Of a stretch of 54,431 bases of DNA, positions 40,133 to 50,111 are shown piece after piece. This DNA is from an uncultured Verrucomicrobiota bacterium. Its GTDB lineage: Bacteria; Verrucomicrobiota; Verrucomicrobiia; Chthoniobacterales; JACTMZ01. The notes beneath the pieces are model-generated. The model did not search any database, had not been told where the DNA came from, and saw only the letters and a list, made by a program, of their open reading frames with translations. The stretch is from assembly GCA_903934135.1 (NCBI GenBank), contig CAIZMQ010000057.1:1-54431 (forward strand). The letters run 5' to 3'. How positions within the stretch are numbered: the stretch's first letter is position 1; every line of letters begins with the position of its first letter. The position numbers and the translations under genes were made by a program.

Positions 40133-41584
40133 TCAGGGGAGCAAGGAAAGGAGCGGGGCGGGGTAGACGCCGATCCAGATAATGAGGGCGCAGAGGAGGG
40201 CGATGGTCAGTTTGGCCAAGCCGCTCACTTCGATTTCGGGGGCATCGGGGTCGGCGGGTTGCTGCCAATACATGGCGCGGATCACTTTCAGGTAATAATA
40301 AAAGCCGGCGGCAACTGTGATCACACCGATGATGACCAGTCCCCAATGCTGCTGCTCGATGGCGCACTCAAAGATGAACAATTTGCCGAGAAAGCCGGCG
40401 GTGAGGGGGAGACCGGCAAGGGAGAGCATGGCCAGCATGAGGGCGAAGGCGAGGTGGGGCGCGCGATGGTTGAGTCCGTTGAAATTGGCGAGGTCATCAC
40501 CCCCGGTCGCTGGGGCAACGATGGTCATGACGAGAAAGGCGAGCAACGTCATGAGGAGGTAGGCGGCAAGATAGAAAACAATGGCGGTACCGGCGAAGGG
40601 CGCCCCGATGGAGACGAGACCAAGAAGGAGATAGCCGGCATGGCCGATGCTGGAGTAAGCGAGAAGACGTTTGAGGTTGGACTGCGGGATGGCGGCGAGG
40701 TTGCCGAAGATCATGGTGGCACCGGCAATGACCGCGAGAAGGGGGAGGATTTTTTCCTGCAGGGCGGGGACGACAAGGAAGGTTTGCAAGACCCGCAGTA
40801 GCACGATGAATCCGGCGGCCTTGGAAGCGACAGAGAGGAAGGCAGTGACCGGAGTGGGTGCACCTTGGTAGACGTCGGGCACCCAGAATTGAAAAGGGGC
40901 GGCGGCAATTTTGAACCCTAGGGCGATGAGGACGAGGCCGAAGCCGAAGAGGAGAGCGGGCGCGGTGGCTTGGTCGAGGGCGGGGAGGGCGGCGGCTATG
41001 GCGGCAAGGTTGAATTGTCCGGTTACACCGTAGATCCAAGTGATTCCGTAGACGAGGAAGCCAGTCGAGAGGGCGCCGAGGACGAGGTACTTGGTGCCGG
41101 CTTCGAGGCTGTTCTCGTTGCGGCGGAGGTAGGAGACGAGGATGTAAAAGGTGATGGTGACCAGCTCGAGCGAGACGAAGATCATCACGAAGTCGACGGC
41201 CGAAGCCATCCACATCAGGCCGGCGCAAGCAAGGACGGGGAGGGTGTAGAATTCGCCGAGTCCGGCTCCGCGGCGTTCGGAGGGGAGGTTGGCTTCGACC
41301 GTCGGAGCGTATTCGAGCGCCATGACCAGCACGATGATGGTCGTTCCGAGGGCGAACTGTTTGAGGAAGATGGCGAGGGTGTCTGCGCTATAGAATTTGG
41401 CGTAAGCGGCGGTGACGTTCATCGCAGCGGGGTCGGCGAAAAAGGTGGCGCCCAAAATGGCGAGGAGCCCGAGAATGCCGGTGTAGGCAAGGCCGCGTTT
41501 GGCGCCGGGGCCGGAGAAGGCTTCGGCCATGAGCATAATGATGCCCAGAATGACAACGGAGACTTCGAGGTAAAGCGGGTTCAT
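40133..41584 (-). CDS. nuoN: NADH-quinone oxidoreductase subunit N
   Basis: 483-aa antiporter-like polytopic protein, last gene of the nuo block. Confidence 0.93.
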   Translation of the reverse strand: MNPLYLEVSVVILGIIMLMAEAFSGPGAKRGLAYTGILGLLAILGATFFADPAAMNVTAAYAKFYSADTLAIFLKQFALGTTIIVLVMALEYAPTVEANLPSERRGAGLGEFYTLPVLACAGLMWMASAVDFVMIFVSLELVTITFYILVSYLRRNENSLEAGTKYLVLGALSTGFLVYGITWIYGVTGQFNLAAIAAALPALDQATAPALLFGFGLVLIALGFKIAAAPFQFWVPDVYQGAPTPVTAFLSVASKAAGFIVLLRVLQTFLVVPALQEKILPLLAVIAGATMIFGNLAAIPQSNLKRLLAYSSIGHAGYLLLGLVSIGAPFAGTAIVFYLAAYLLMTLLAFLVMTIVAPATGGDDLANFNGLNHRAPHLAFALMLAMLSLAGLPLTAGFLGKLFIFECAIEQQHWGLVIIGVITVAAGFYYYLKVIRAMYWQQPADPDAPEIEVSGLAKLTIALLCALIIWIGVYPAPLLSLLP

Positions 41585-43053
41585 CAGGGCAGGTAGGCGA
41601 AGACCGGGTTGAGGTAGTCGAGCAAGAGGCCCGGACGGAAGCCGGTGAGGAGCAGCACGGCGAGGAGGATGATGACGGCCCAGCGGACACCGGAGGAAAT
41701 ATCAGCGGTGTCAGCTTTGACCGCTGACCCGCGCGCGCCCCAGAAAATGTTGCGGTAGGCGCGGAGCATATAGACCGCGGAAATGACAACTCCCCAGAGG
41801 GTGAGCGCGGTGGCGGTTTGGAACCAGTTGAAGCTGCCGACCGCACCGCGGGCAAAAGCGCCGAAGAAAATCATGATTTCGCTGGCGAAGGTGGCGAAGC
41901 CGGGGAGACCGATCGAGGCCATGGCGGCGAAGCCGAAGAGGAGTCCGAGTTTCGGGGTGACACCTGCGAGGCCTCCTAGTTCGGAGAATTCGAGGGTGCC
42001 GGTGCGGCGGTTGATTTCCCCGCAAAGGGCGAAGAGGGCGGCCACGGTGAGTCCGTGGGCGAAGAGCATGAGCGACATGCCGGCGAGGCCGAGTTGGTTG
42101 AGGGCGACGAAGCCGAGGAAGGCGTAGCCCATGTGCATCACGCTTGAGTAGCCGAGCATGAGGTCGAGGCGCTTCTGCGCGAGGGTAACGAAGCCGACGT
42201 AGAGGATGTTGCCGAGGAGAAGAACAAGGACAAGATGGGCGAACTGCTGGATTTCCTCGGGGAAGATCGGAACGACAAGGCGGAGGAGGCCGTAGAGACC
42301 GAATTTTTTGAGCACCCCGGCATGCAGCATGGCGGCGGGGGCGGGGGCGGAAGCATAGGCCTCAGGCGCCCAGGTGTGGAAAGGGAAGAGGGCGATGAGG
42401 ATGCCAAAGCCGAAAAGAAGGAGCAGGTAAACGACAGGTCCGGGGGTGAGGAGGCCGGCAGAGCCGAGTTGCTGGAGGAGGCGGATATCAAAAGTGCGCA
42501 GGCCTTCGGGTACGGCGAGCCAGAGACCAATGAGTCCGAGAAGGAGAATGAAGCTGCCGAAGGCGAGGTAAATCGTCACTTTCCACGCGATGCGCTGGCG
42601 GTCACCCGAGCCCCAGATGCCGATGAGGAGGAAGGTGGGAATGAGGGCGAGTTCGTGGAAAGCGTAAAAGAAAAAGAGGTCGATCGAAGCAAAGGCGCCG
42701 ATGGCACCGCCCGAGATAAAGAGAAGGCACGCGTAGAACATGCCAGGGGACTTTTCCACCTGCGGGGCGACCCAGACCGCGGCGAAGGTGACGAGTGTGG
42801 CGAGCAGGAGAAGGAGCATGCTCAATCCGTCTGCCCCGAGCGAAAAGCTGAGGCCGTAAGCGGGGAAGAGCGCGTTTTCGCTGACAAATTGGAAGCCGCC
42901 GATCTCGAGATTGTAGGACGCGAGGAGGTAGAGGCTGAGGAGGAGGTTGGCGCCGGCGCCAAAGAGCGAAATGCGGCGCGGGGCCGAGCCAGCCATGCAG
43001 AACGCGGCGGTGACCAGAGGGATGAGGATGAGGGAGAGGAGCGGGCTCATCAT
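41584..43053 (-). CDS. nuoM: NADH-quinone oxidoreductase subunit M
   Basis: Antiporter-like protein with HTWAPEAYASAPAPAAMLHAGVLKK. ATG 43053 overlaps the nuoL stop. Confidence 0.93.
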   Translation of the reverse strand: MMSPLLSLILIPLVTAAFCMAGSAPRRISLFGAGANLLLSLYLLASYNLEIGGFQFVSENALFPAYGLSFSLGADGLSMLLLLLATLVTFAAVWVAPQVEKSPGMFYACLLFISGGAIGAFASIDLFFFYAFHELALIPTFLLIGIWGSGDRQRIAWKVTIYLAFGSFILLLGLIGLWLAVPEGLRTFDIRLLQQLGSAGLLTPGPVVYLLLLFGFGILIALFPFHTWAPEAYASAPAPAAMLHAGVLKKFGLYGLLRLVVPIFPEEIQQFAHLVLVLLLGNILYVGFVTLAQKRLDLMLGYSSVMHMGYAFLGFVALNQLGLAGMSLMLFAHGLTVAALFALCGEINRRTGTLEFSELGGLAGVTPKLGLLFGFAAMASIGLPGFATFASEIMIFFGAFARGAVGSFNWFQTATALTLWGVVISAVYMLRAYRNIFWGARGSAVKADTADISSGVRWAVIILLAVLLLTGFRPGLLLDYLNPVFAYLP

Positions 43054-44858
43054 CGGAAAACGAGGAAGTAGAGGACGAGGAGCACGCCTGCGCCGAAGAA
43101 GAAGGCGTAGGCTTGCAGGTTGCCCAGTTGGAGAAGGCGTAGGAGGTAGCCCGCACCCCACACCATGCGAGCACTGCCGGTCACGACCAGGCCGTCAATA
43201 ATCCAGCGGTCGAACCAGGAACCGAACATGGCCAGCCCGCCCTGCCCCCGGACAACGAGCCAGTTGTAGAAATTGTCGATGTAAAGGCGGTTGGCCAAGA
43301 GCGGGATGCGGACGGGATCCCGGGCTGGCCCGCGCAGGTAAAGCCACGCGGCGAGAACGGCGCCGGAGGCGAGGAAGCCGAGGACGATTTTGTGCGCGAT
43401 GGCGGGGGCACCGGCGTAGGCAATATCGAAGAAGTGGCTGATGAACCACGGGTAACCCGCGATGACGGCAGGAACGGCGAGGATGACGAGCGGAAGCGTC
43501 ATGACGAGCGGGGATTCTTTGGCCCGGGCGGCATGGTCACCGCGCGGCTTGCCGAGGAGAACGACGAGTAAAAGACGGAAGGTGTAAAGGGCGGTGAGGA
43601 GCACGGCGCTGGCAGTGATCCAAAATCCGGGACGGTTGTTAAGCCAGGCCCACTCGATAATGTTGTCCTTGCTGAACGATCCGCTGAAGAACGGTACGCC
43701 GGCGAGGGCGAGTCCGCCGGCCAGCATGCAGATTGCGGTGACCGGCATGCGGGTGAGGAGCCCGCCCATTTTCCAGATATTCTGCTCGTGGTGCAGGGCG
43801 ATGATGATGGACCCCGCGCAGAGGAAGAGGAGGCACTTGAAGAAGGCGTGGGTGAAAAGGTGGAACATGGCCACGTCGCCGGTCGCACCCACGCCGATAC
43901 CGACAACCATGTAGCCGAGTTGGGAGATGGTCGAATAAGCAAGGATGCGCTTGATGTCGTCCTGCTGGATGGCCATCAGACCCGCGGCAAAGCAGGTGAT
44001 GGCGCCGATCCACATGATGACATCGCGCACGACGTCTGGTGCGGCAAGCAGAACAGGGAAAATGCGAGCCAGCATGTAGACGCCGGCGGCGACCATGGTG
44101 GCGGCGTGGAGGAGCGAGGACACCGGGGTCGGGCCTTCCATCGAGTTGGGCAGCCAGACGTGGAGCGGCATTTGGGCGGACTTGCCAATGGTGCCGCAGA
44201 AGATGAGGAGGCAGGCGGCGATAAGGTAGCCGGGATGGAGGGTGACAGCGTGGAGGTTTGCTTCGATCCCGGCGAACATGATCGAGCCGGTGGCCAACCA
44301 GAGCATGAGGATGCCGAGCATGAAGCCGAAATCACCGACGCGGTTGACGGTGAAAGCCTGTTTGGCGGCGTCCGCCGCGGAGTCCTTGCGGAAATAGTGC
44401 CCGATGAGCAGGTAGGAGCTGGCGCCGACCAGTTCCCAGAAGATGAACATCATGACAAGGTTGTCGGCCAAGACGATGCCGAGCATGGAAAAGAGAAACA
44501 GGCAGAGCGATGCGTAGTAGCGCGGAATTCCTTCATCACCGCGCATGTAGCCGGCGGAATAAATGAAGACGAGGGTGGCGATGGTCGTGACAACGACGAG
44601 CATGACCCGGCTGAGGTTGTCGAGGATGATGCCGATGGGAACGGAGAAGACGCCGGGGACTTCGATCCAGGGGATTTGCGCGGTTATGGCAAGGGACGGA
44701 TCGAGGAAAACCTTCCAACTGAGAAAACAGGTCACCGCGACGGTGAGGATACCGACCGTGCCGGCGGCGACATTGCGGCGCGGGAGAACGAAGAGGATGA
44801 ACGCGGCCGCGACAAGCGGGGCGAAGAGGATGATCCAGGGATAAAATTGCGGGTCCAT
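43050..44858 (-). CDS. nuoL: NADH-quinone oxidoreductase subunit L
   Basis: 602 aa with WELVGASSYLLIGHY, HVWLPNSMEGPTPVSSLLHAATMVAAGVY and a C-terminal lateral-helix region. Confidence 0.95.
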   Translation of the reverse strand: MDPQFYPWIILFAPLVAAAFILFVLPRRNVAAGTVGILTVAVTCFLSWKVFLDPSLAITAQIPWIEVPGVFSVPIGIILDNLSRVMLVVVTTIATLVFIYSAGYMRGDEGIPRYYASLCLFLFSMLGIVLADNLVMMFIFWELVGASSYLLIGHYFRKDSAADAAKQAFTVNRVGDFGFMLGILMLWLATGSIMFAGIEANLHAVTLHPGYLIAACLLIFCGTIGKSAQMPLHVWLPNSMEGPTPVSSLLHAATMVAAGVYMLARIFPVLLAAPDVVRDVIMWIGAITCFAAGLMAIQQDDIKRILAYSTISQLGYMVVGIGVGATGDVAMFHLFTHAFFKCLLFLCAGSIIIALHHEQNIWKMGGLLTRMPVTAICMLAGGLALAGVPFFSGSFSKDNIIEWAWLNNRPGFWITASAVLLTALYTFRLLLVVLLGKPRGDHAARAKESPLVMTLPLVILAVPAVIAGYPWFISHFFDIAYAGAPAIAHKIVLGFLASGAVLAAWLYLRGPARDPVRIPLLANRLYIDNFYNWLVVRGQGGLAMFGSWFDRWIIDGLVVTGSARMVWGAGYLLRLLQLGNLQAYAFFFGAGVLLVLYFLVFR

Positions 44859-44862
44859 CTGA

Positions 44863-45183
44863 TCAGAATTTCATCCGGTTGAGGTCCTCGACGTGCGTGG
44901 ATTGGCGCAGTCGGTAGAGGGCGACGATGATGGCGAGCCCGACGGCGACCTCGGCTGCTGCGACGGTGATGATGAAGAAAACCAGGACCTGGGCGTTGTA
45001 GTCGGGGAGTCCGAATGCGGTGACGCCGTGGCGGGCGAACGCGACGAGGGAAAGGTTGGCTGCATTGAGCATGAGTTCGAGGCTCATGAAGATGATGAGG
45101 AGGTTGCGGCGCAGGAGGACGCCGGCCAGACCGATGGAGAAGAGGAGGCCGCTGACCAACAGATAATCGCCCAGGGTTGGCAT
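44863..45183 (-). CDS. nuoK: NADH-quinone oxidoreductase subunit K
   Basis: 106 aa with three TM segments, [12 protein letters not shown] and [11 protein letters not shown]. Confidence 0.95.
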   Translation of the reverse strand: MPTLGDYLLVSGLLFSIGLAGVLLRRNLLIIFMSLELMLNAANLSLVAFARHGVTAFGLPDYNAQVLVFFIITVAAAEVAVGLAIIVALYRLRQSTHVEDLNRMKF

Positions 45184-45187
45184 GGTT

Positions 45188-45691
45188 TTAGCGCAGGCTG
45201 CGGCGGCTGAGGAAGACGACGCCGATGGTAGAAACGAGGAGGAGGACGCCGATGATTTGGAAGGGTAGGTTGAAATCGCTGAAGAGGGTCATCCCGATAT
45301 CGTACGCATCGGAGTAGCCGGTGCGGGCCAGAGCGGGAAAGTGATCGGCGGAGGTGGGGAGGGACTTGACCACATGCGTGATGAGGACGACGAATCCTCC
45401 GAGCACCGCGATCCCACCGGCCAGTGCGGCGATGTTGAGGCGGCGGCGAGTCTCGGCCTTGAGGTCGAGAAGCATGATGATGAAAAGAAAAAGGACCATG
45501 ACCGCGCCGGCATAGACGAGGACCTGGATGACCCCGATGAAGAAGGCGTCGAGGGTGACAAAGAGCGCGGCGAGGGCGAGGAAGGAGAGGACCAGACTCA
45601 TCGCGCTGTTGACCGGATTGCGGAAGAGGACGACGGCCGCGGCCGAGGCGAGCATCAGCACGGAGAAGACCCAGAACAGGATGGTGAGCAT
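45188..45691 (-). CDS. nuoJ: NADH-quinone oxidoreductase subunit J
   Basis: 167 aa with [14 protein letters not shown] and [17 protein letters not shown]. Confidence 0.93.
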   Translation of the reverse strand: MLTILFWVFSVLMLASAAAVVLFRNPVNSAMSLVLSFLALAALFVTLDAFFIGVIQVLVYAGAVMVLFLFIIMLLDLKAETRRRLNIAALAGGIAVLGGFVVLITHVVKSLPTSADHFPALARTGYSDAYDIGMTLFSDFNLPFQIIGVLLLVSTIGVVFLSRRSLR

Positions 45692-45777
45692 GCGGTGGTT
45701 TGCGCCGGGGGCGCTTTTGATGCGCCGCTTTGCAGGCCGGAAGGCGACAGCCTAGGAGGCGAGCAGGCCCCTTTCGA

Positions 45778-46308
45778 TCACTTTTTTTCGTTCCACTTGT
45801 GGACCAAGCCGTGCATGACACCGCCCAACTCGTAGAGTTTTTCCTTGTCGTGGACCATTTCGGCGCGGGTCAGGCCGGTGATCGAGTAGTCTTTGCGCAG
45901 GAAAATGGCCTGTTCGGGGCAGACTTCCTCGCAGAGTCCGCAGTAGATGCAGCGGATCATGTCGATGTCGAATTTCTCGGGGTATTTTTCGACCTTGGAC
46001 CACCGGTTGTCGCCAGGAAGTTCGCCCGGTTTGATTGTGATGGCACGGGGCGGACAAATGAACTCGCAGAGCTGGCAGGCCACGCAGCGTTCGCGGTCAT
46101 GCTCGTCTTTCACCAGGGTCGGCGCGCCGCGGTACCACTCGGGCATGGCGCTGTCCCACTTCTGCTCGGGATACTGCATGGTGACCTTGGTCTGACCGAA
46201 GAGCATTTTGAAGAAGTGTTTGATCGTGATCCAGAGACCGCCAAGGATGGCCGGGAAGTAGGATCGCTCAAGGAGGCTCAGTTTTGGGCGTTGGACGATG
46301 GTGGCCAT
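45778..46308 (-). CDS. nuoI: NADH-quinone oxidoreductase subunit I (2x[4Fe-4S])
   Basis: CVACQLCEFICP and CIYCGLCEEVCP. Confidence 0.95.
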   Translation of the reverse strand: MATIVQRPKLSLLERSYFPAILGGLWITIKHFFKMLFGQTKVTMQYPEQKWDSAMPEWYRGAPTLVKDEHDRERCVACQLCEFICPPRAITIKPGELPGDNRWSKVEKYPEKFDIDMIRCIYCGLCEEVCPEQAIFLRKDYSITGLTRAEMVHDKEKLYELGGVMHGLVHKWNEKK

Positions 46309-46309
46309 G

Positions 46310-47446
46310 TCAGGATTGGAGGTAAGCGAGGATACCGGCGGTGAGGAAGATGTTAACCAGCGCTACCTCGAAAAAAACATACCAACCGAGCTTCATCAAC
46401 TGATCGAAGCGGAAGCGTGGCAGGGTCCAGCGCACCCAGAGGAAGAAAAAGATGATCGCGGCAACCTTGGCGAAGAAGGTGCCGATATTGACCAACCCCC
46501 AGAACCAGCCCTGCGAACCGTCCGGGACAAAGGGCATGCTCCACCCGCCGAGGAAGAGGGTCACAATGACCCCGGCACCGGCAATCATCGCGGCATATTC
46601 GCCGAGGAAGAAGAGGGCGAAGCGCATTGACGAGTATTCCGTGTGGTAACCACCGACCAGTTCCTGCTCGGCCTCGGGTAGGTCGAAGGGGACTCGGTTG
46701 GTTTCGGCAAACATGGCGATCATGAAGATTACGAACGAAACCATCATGGGGATCCACAGGAGGGTCTGTCCGAGATCGAGCCCGAACATGCTCCCGTTGT
46801 CCGTGGTAAATTCGAGAAGTCCCCCGCCGCTGCGGAACCATGCGGGGAAAACCATCCAGCCGTTGTCGACCTGGTATTGCACGATCTCGCCGAGATTGAG
46901 CGTGCCGGTGATCATGAAGACGGGGACAACCGAAAGTCCCAGCGAGAGTTCGTAGGAAATCATCTGCGAACTTGAACGGATGCCACCGAGGAACGGGTAC
47001 TTCGAGTTCGAGGCCCAACCGGCGAGGACGATGCCGTAGACCCCGAGGGAAGAGACAGCGAAGACCCAGAGCACGCCGATGTCGAGGTTGGCGATGACCA
47101 TGGGGACACCGAAAAGCGAACTGCCGAAGGGAAGCACGGCGAGAACGAGAATGGCGGGGATCATGGCGAGACTCGGCGCGATGCTGAAAAAGAATTTGTT
47201 CACCCCGCCGGGGACGAAGTTTTCTTTGAGCAGGAGCTTCACACCGTCGGCGACCGGCTGGATGAGCCCGGCCCAGCCGACACGGTTGGGCCCGATGCGA
47301 TCTTGGATGAAGGCGCTGACTTTGCGTTCCGCCCAGACTGAGTAGGCAACCATGGTGAGGACGACACCCAGGATGACGAGGGTCTTGAGGGCCGCCGTCC
47401 AGACGAGAAAAATCTCGGGCTGAAGAAAAAGGTCGAGGCTCGGCAT
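46310..47446 (-). CDS. nuoH: NADH-quinone oxidoreductase subunit H
   Basis: AERKVSAFIQDRIGPNRVG, FLGGIRSSSQMISYEL and FAETNRVPFDLPEAEQELV. I chose ATG 47446. Confidence 0.93.
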   Translation of the reverse strand: MPSLDLFLQPEIFLVWTAALKTLVILGVVLTMVAYSVWAERKVSAFIQDRIGPNRVGWAGLIQPVADGVKLLLKENFVPGGVNKFFFSIAPSLAMIPAILVLAVLPFGSSLFGVPMVIANLDIGVLWVFAVSSLGVYGIVLAGWASNSKYPFLGGIRSSSQMISYELSLGLSVVPVFMITGTLNLGEIVQYQVDNGWMVFPAWFRSGGGLLEFTTDNGSMFGLDLGQTLLWIPMMVSFVIFMIAMFAETNRVPFDLPEAEQELVGGYHTEYSSMRFALFFLGEYAAMIAGAGVIVTLFLGGWSMPFVPDGSQGWFWGLVNIGTFFAKVAAIIFFFLWVRWTLPRFRFDQLMKLGWYVFFEVALVNIFLTAGILAYLQS

Positions 47447-47572
47447 GAGAGAAATCGCCGGTCCGGTGGCGACCCTCCACCAATAATTACGGGCGCCGCG
47501 GCCTTCAATCACAAAGGTCCACCGGAAAAATTCTTCCCATGACGTGCTTGCGGGGTCACAAAATGCGTGGTG

Positions 47573-48625
47573 ATGAGAAGGGCTCTGATAACCGGGCTGG
47601 CCTGTCTTGCTTCTTTCACGGCGCGCGCCGATGTCGCTTACCTGCAATTGCAGGCATCCACTAACCTTGCATCGGGTTGGGATCCGGTGCCGCTGAGAGC
47701 GTCCGACATCACGTCATCCGGCTTGGTTTCGATTCCGCTGCCGGCCGGAATGAGCAATGCCTTTTTCCGCATGGGCATCAATATCATGGAGGAGCCGGTG
47801 CCCCCGGTGAACGTCGGGGTGCGTTTGACTTACTTTTACGCGGAGGGCGGAGGGGATCCGGCCTTGGCTCCGAACCCTCACTCCATCCGGCAGGCGGTTT
47901 CGGCGGATGGCCTGAATTTTTCCAATGAGGTGGAGATTTTCAGCGCCAATGATCTGGTTGACCCGGACGTGTTCCCTATCGCCCCGAGTTCTTACGGTTT
48001 GCTCGTCACCGACCATGCCGTATCCCGCCTTGTCTACGCCCGGTCACCAAGCATTTCCGGAACCTACACCAATGCGGGCGGCTCTTTCCCGACCAATACC
48101 ACGCAGTCCGGGACGATCGACATGGATGGAACTTTCCGCGTCTTCGCCTCGGGAATATTTGCCCACAATTTCCACCCGGCCACCGGGGTCTTGGAGACCA
48201 ACCGCATTGCCGGGTTGGGGCTGACCGCCTCACAAATCGGCAGGACCAACGGGATTTGCGCCGACCCTTCCGTCGTCCGTCTTTCCGACGGCCGTTACCG
48301 CATGTTTTTCAAATACGCACCATTTGGCGGTTCGCCGCGCGAGCACGAGCTCTGGCACATTACGAGTACCGACACCAGTGGCTCGGCCTGGGATACGCAT
48401 TCCGCGGTTTACATCACCAACGGCTCCGTTCCCGGCGCGGTGCGTGACGGACAAAACCTCCTGCTTTATTTCGTCAGCCTCGACTTTTTGCTCAGCCCCA
48501 ACGATTCCCTAGCCGCGGGGGTCAGTACCAATGAGGGGACCAGTTTTACCTTTTACCCCGTGTTTTATGAAGGGGCGCCGATCAGTGGTGCCTACGATCC
48601 TTCGGCGAATCTTCTCGGCGAGTAA
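47573..48625 (+). CDS. Exported hypothetical protein, possibly a beta-propeller glycosidase-like fold
   Basis: Signal peptide MRRALITGLACLASFTARA. Segments such as ADPSVVRLSDGRYRMFF and DGQNLLLYFV recall GH43/sialidase-type blades. This assignment is weak. Confidence 0.45.
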   Translation: MRRALITGLACLASFTARADVAYLQLQASTNLASGWDPVPLRASDITSSGLVSIPLPAGMSNAFFRMGINIMEEPVPPVNVGVRLTYFYAEGGGDPALAPNPHSIRQAVSADGLNFSNEVEIFSANDLVDPDVFPIAPSSYGLLVTDHAVSRLVYARSPSISGTYTNAGGSFPTNTTQSGTIDMDGTFRVFASGIFAHNFHPATGVLETNRIAGLGLTASQIGRTNGICADPSVVRLSDGRYRMFFKYAPFGGSPREHELWHITSTDTSGSAWDTHSAVYITNGSVPGAVRDGQNLLLYFVSLDFLLSPNDSLAAGVSTNEGTSFTFYPVFYEGAPISGAYDPSANLLGE

Positions 48626-48632
48626 GGGGCGC

Positions 48633-49556
48633 TTAGATTTTCAGCGTGGCCTGCTTCTCGCCCAACGTGACGTCCTCCAGCGCCATGTAGCAGGCGCGTT
48701 CCTGCAGTGTCCCGAGGATTTCGGGATCGATTTCGTCGAAGCGACCGATGTTGAGTTCGGCTTGGAGAAGGCCTCCTTTGTCGACCATGATGGAGCGGGC
48801 ATGGACCTCGCCGCGGAGAGAGCCGCGTTTGAGGATGCGCAGGGTCCCGTTGCAGTAGATGCGGGCGGTGATTTTGCCGCGGACCACCATGTCGTGCACT
48901 CGCATCGGATGGGCGACGACAACGTCCGCGCCCTTTTCGATGCGGATGCGCCGGGATCCGACTTCACAATTGAGGCGCCCGGCGGTGCGGATCTTCGTTT
49001 CGCCGTCGCAAAAAATCTTTCCTGCCGCGCCGCCGCCGATGTCGGCCGCGCCGCAAATGGTGACATGGTTGTTCAAGTAGCCGAATTTTTTTATGGTCAA
49101 TGAGCCGCGGGTGCGGACGACGCGGCTGACCCGCTTCTCGACGAGAACGTCATAAAGGTCGATATGCGCGTTGCAATTCGGGCACGAGGTGGAGGCAGCC
49201 AGCCGCGGGACCTCGTGGATGCGTCCGCACTCGTGGCAGCGGATGCGTTTGAACTCCGGGGGGCGCCAGCGTTCGTAGTATTCCCGCAGCTTGTCGATCT
49301 GCGGCTCGTAGCGGAGGAGCCAGGGTTCGGCATGGCGGAGGGCGCGCCTTCCCAGCGGGATGAGGCGCGCGGTCAGCGGGGCAAGGCGTTCACTCCAAGT
49401 GGTGACCTTGGCCTGAATGGCCGCGGGCGGCTTGCCGCCCAACACAAAATGGCCTCCGCAGGCCCGGCAGAAAGTGCTGATGACTCCCGCCGCTTCCTCT
49501 TGGGAGGCCCCGCATTTTGGACAGGAGACCGCTTTTTTCGGTTTCCTTGGCGGCAT
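48633..49556 (-). CDS. Bactofilin-like beta-helix protein with two N-terminal zinc-ribbon motifs
   Basis: CPKCG..(14)..CRACG and CHECG..(13)..CPNCN. The C-terminal windings read IFCDGETKIRTAGRLNCEVGSRRIRIEKGADVV...VVRGKITARIYCNGTLRILKRGSLRGEVHARSIMVDKGGLLQAEL. Confidence 0.7.
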   Translation of the reverse strand: MPPRKPKKAVSCPKCGASQEEAAGVISTFCRACGGHFVLGGKPPAAIQAKVTTWSERLAPLTARLIPLGRRALRHAEPWLLRYEPQIDKLREYYERWRPPEFKRIRCHECGRIHEVPRLAASTSCPNCNAHIDLYDVLVEKRVSRVVRTRGSLTIKKFGYLNNHVTICGAADIGGGAAGKIFCDGETKIRTAGRLNCEVGSRRIRIEKGADVVVAHPMRVHDMVVRGKITARIYCNGTLRILKRGSLRGEVHARSIMVDKGGLLQAELNIGRFDEIDPEILGTLQERACYMALEDVTLGEKQATLKI

Positions 49557-49571
49557 GACAGCTCCGCCTTC

Positions 49572-50015
49572 TTAGAGCAGACCTTTTTTCGGTTCTCCGC
49601 CGGGCGTGCCGACCGGCGGACGAGCGTCGGTGCGCGGGAGGGCGGATTTGTTCGGGCTGACTTCGGATTTGCCGACGAAGGTGGCGCCGTCTTCGATGAT
49701 GATGCGGCCGGCGCGGAGGTCGCCGATGAGTTGGGCGGTGGCTTTGAGTTCGACGCGTTCGGCGGCGTCGATGTTGCCCTGGACGGAACCGTGAATGATG
49801 ACGGACTTTGATTTCACTTCGCCCTGCACGTTGGCACTTTTGCCGACCGTGAGGGTGGCATTGGATTGGATTTCGCCTTCAATTTTTCCGTCAAAAACAA
49901 GGTCGTTCTGGAATTTGAGGGTGCCTTTGATTTCCACATCGCTGGAAAGATGGTTGCGGTTCGTTCCGCCGGTGGGTGATTCGCTCATGGGATTGACAAT
50001 ATTGCTGAGATTCAT
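49572..50015 (-). CDS. Bactofilin (polymer-forming cytoskeletal protein)
   Basis: VEIKGTLKFQNDLVFDGKIEGEIQSNATLTVGKSANVQGEVKSKSVIIHGSVQGNIDAAERVELKATAQLIGDLRAGRIIIEDGATFVG. Confidence 0.88.
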   Translation of the reverse strand: MNLSNIVNPMSESPTGGTNRNHLSSDVEIKGTLKFQNDLVFDGKIEGEIQSNATLTVGKSANVQGEVKSKSVIIHGSVQGNIDAAERVELKATAQLIGDLRAGRIIIEDGATFVGKSEVSPNKSALPRTDARPPVGTPGGEPKKGLL

Positions 50016-50058
50016 TGTTTGAAGAAAGACTCAAGTTAATGGACGGGTGCGGGGTGTC

Positions 50059-50085
50059 AAAAGGAAAGCGGACCGCAGCGCCGCT
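50059..50085 (-). terminator. Possible intrinsic terminator after the disulfide reductase gene
   Basis: On the minus strand: AGCGG, 9-nt loop, CCGCT, followed by TTCCTTTT. Confidence 0.35.
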
Positions 50086-50111
50086 ATCCCGGGCCTGACG
50101 GCCCGCTGGCT

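Noticed and set aside
40315-40324. 10-bp perfect palindrome TGTGATCACA
   Set aside because: It lies inside nuoN coding sequence and the half-sites abut without a spacer. It is probably coincidental codon usage.
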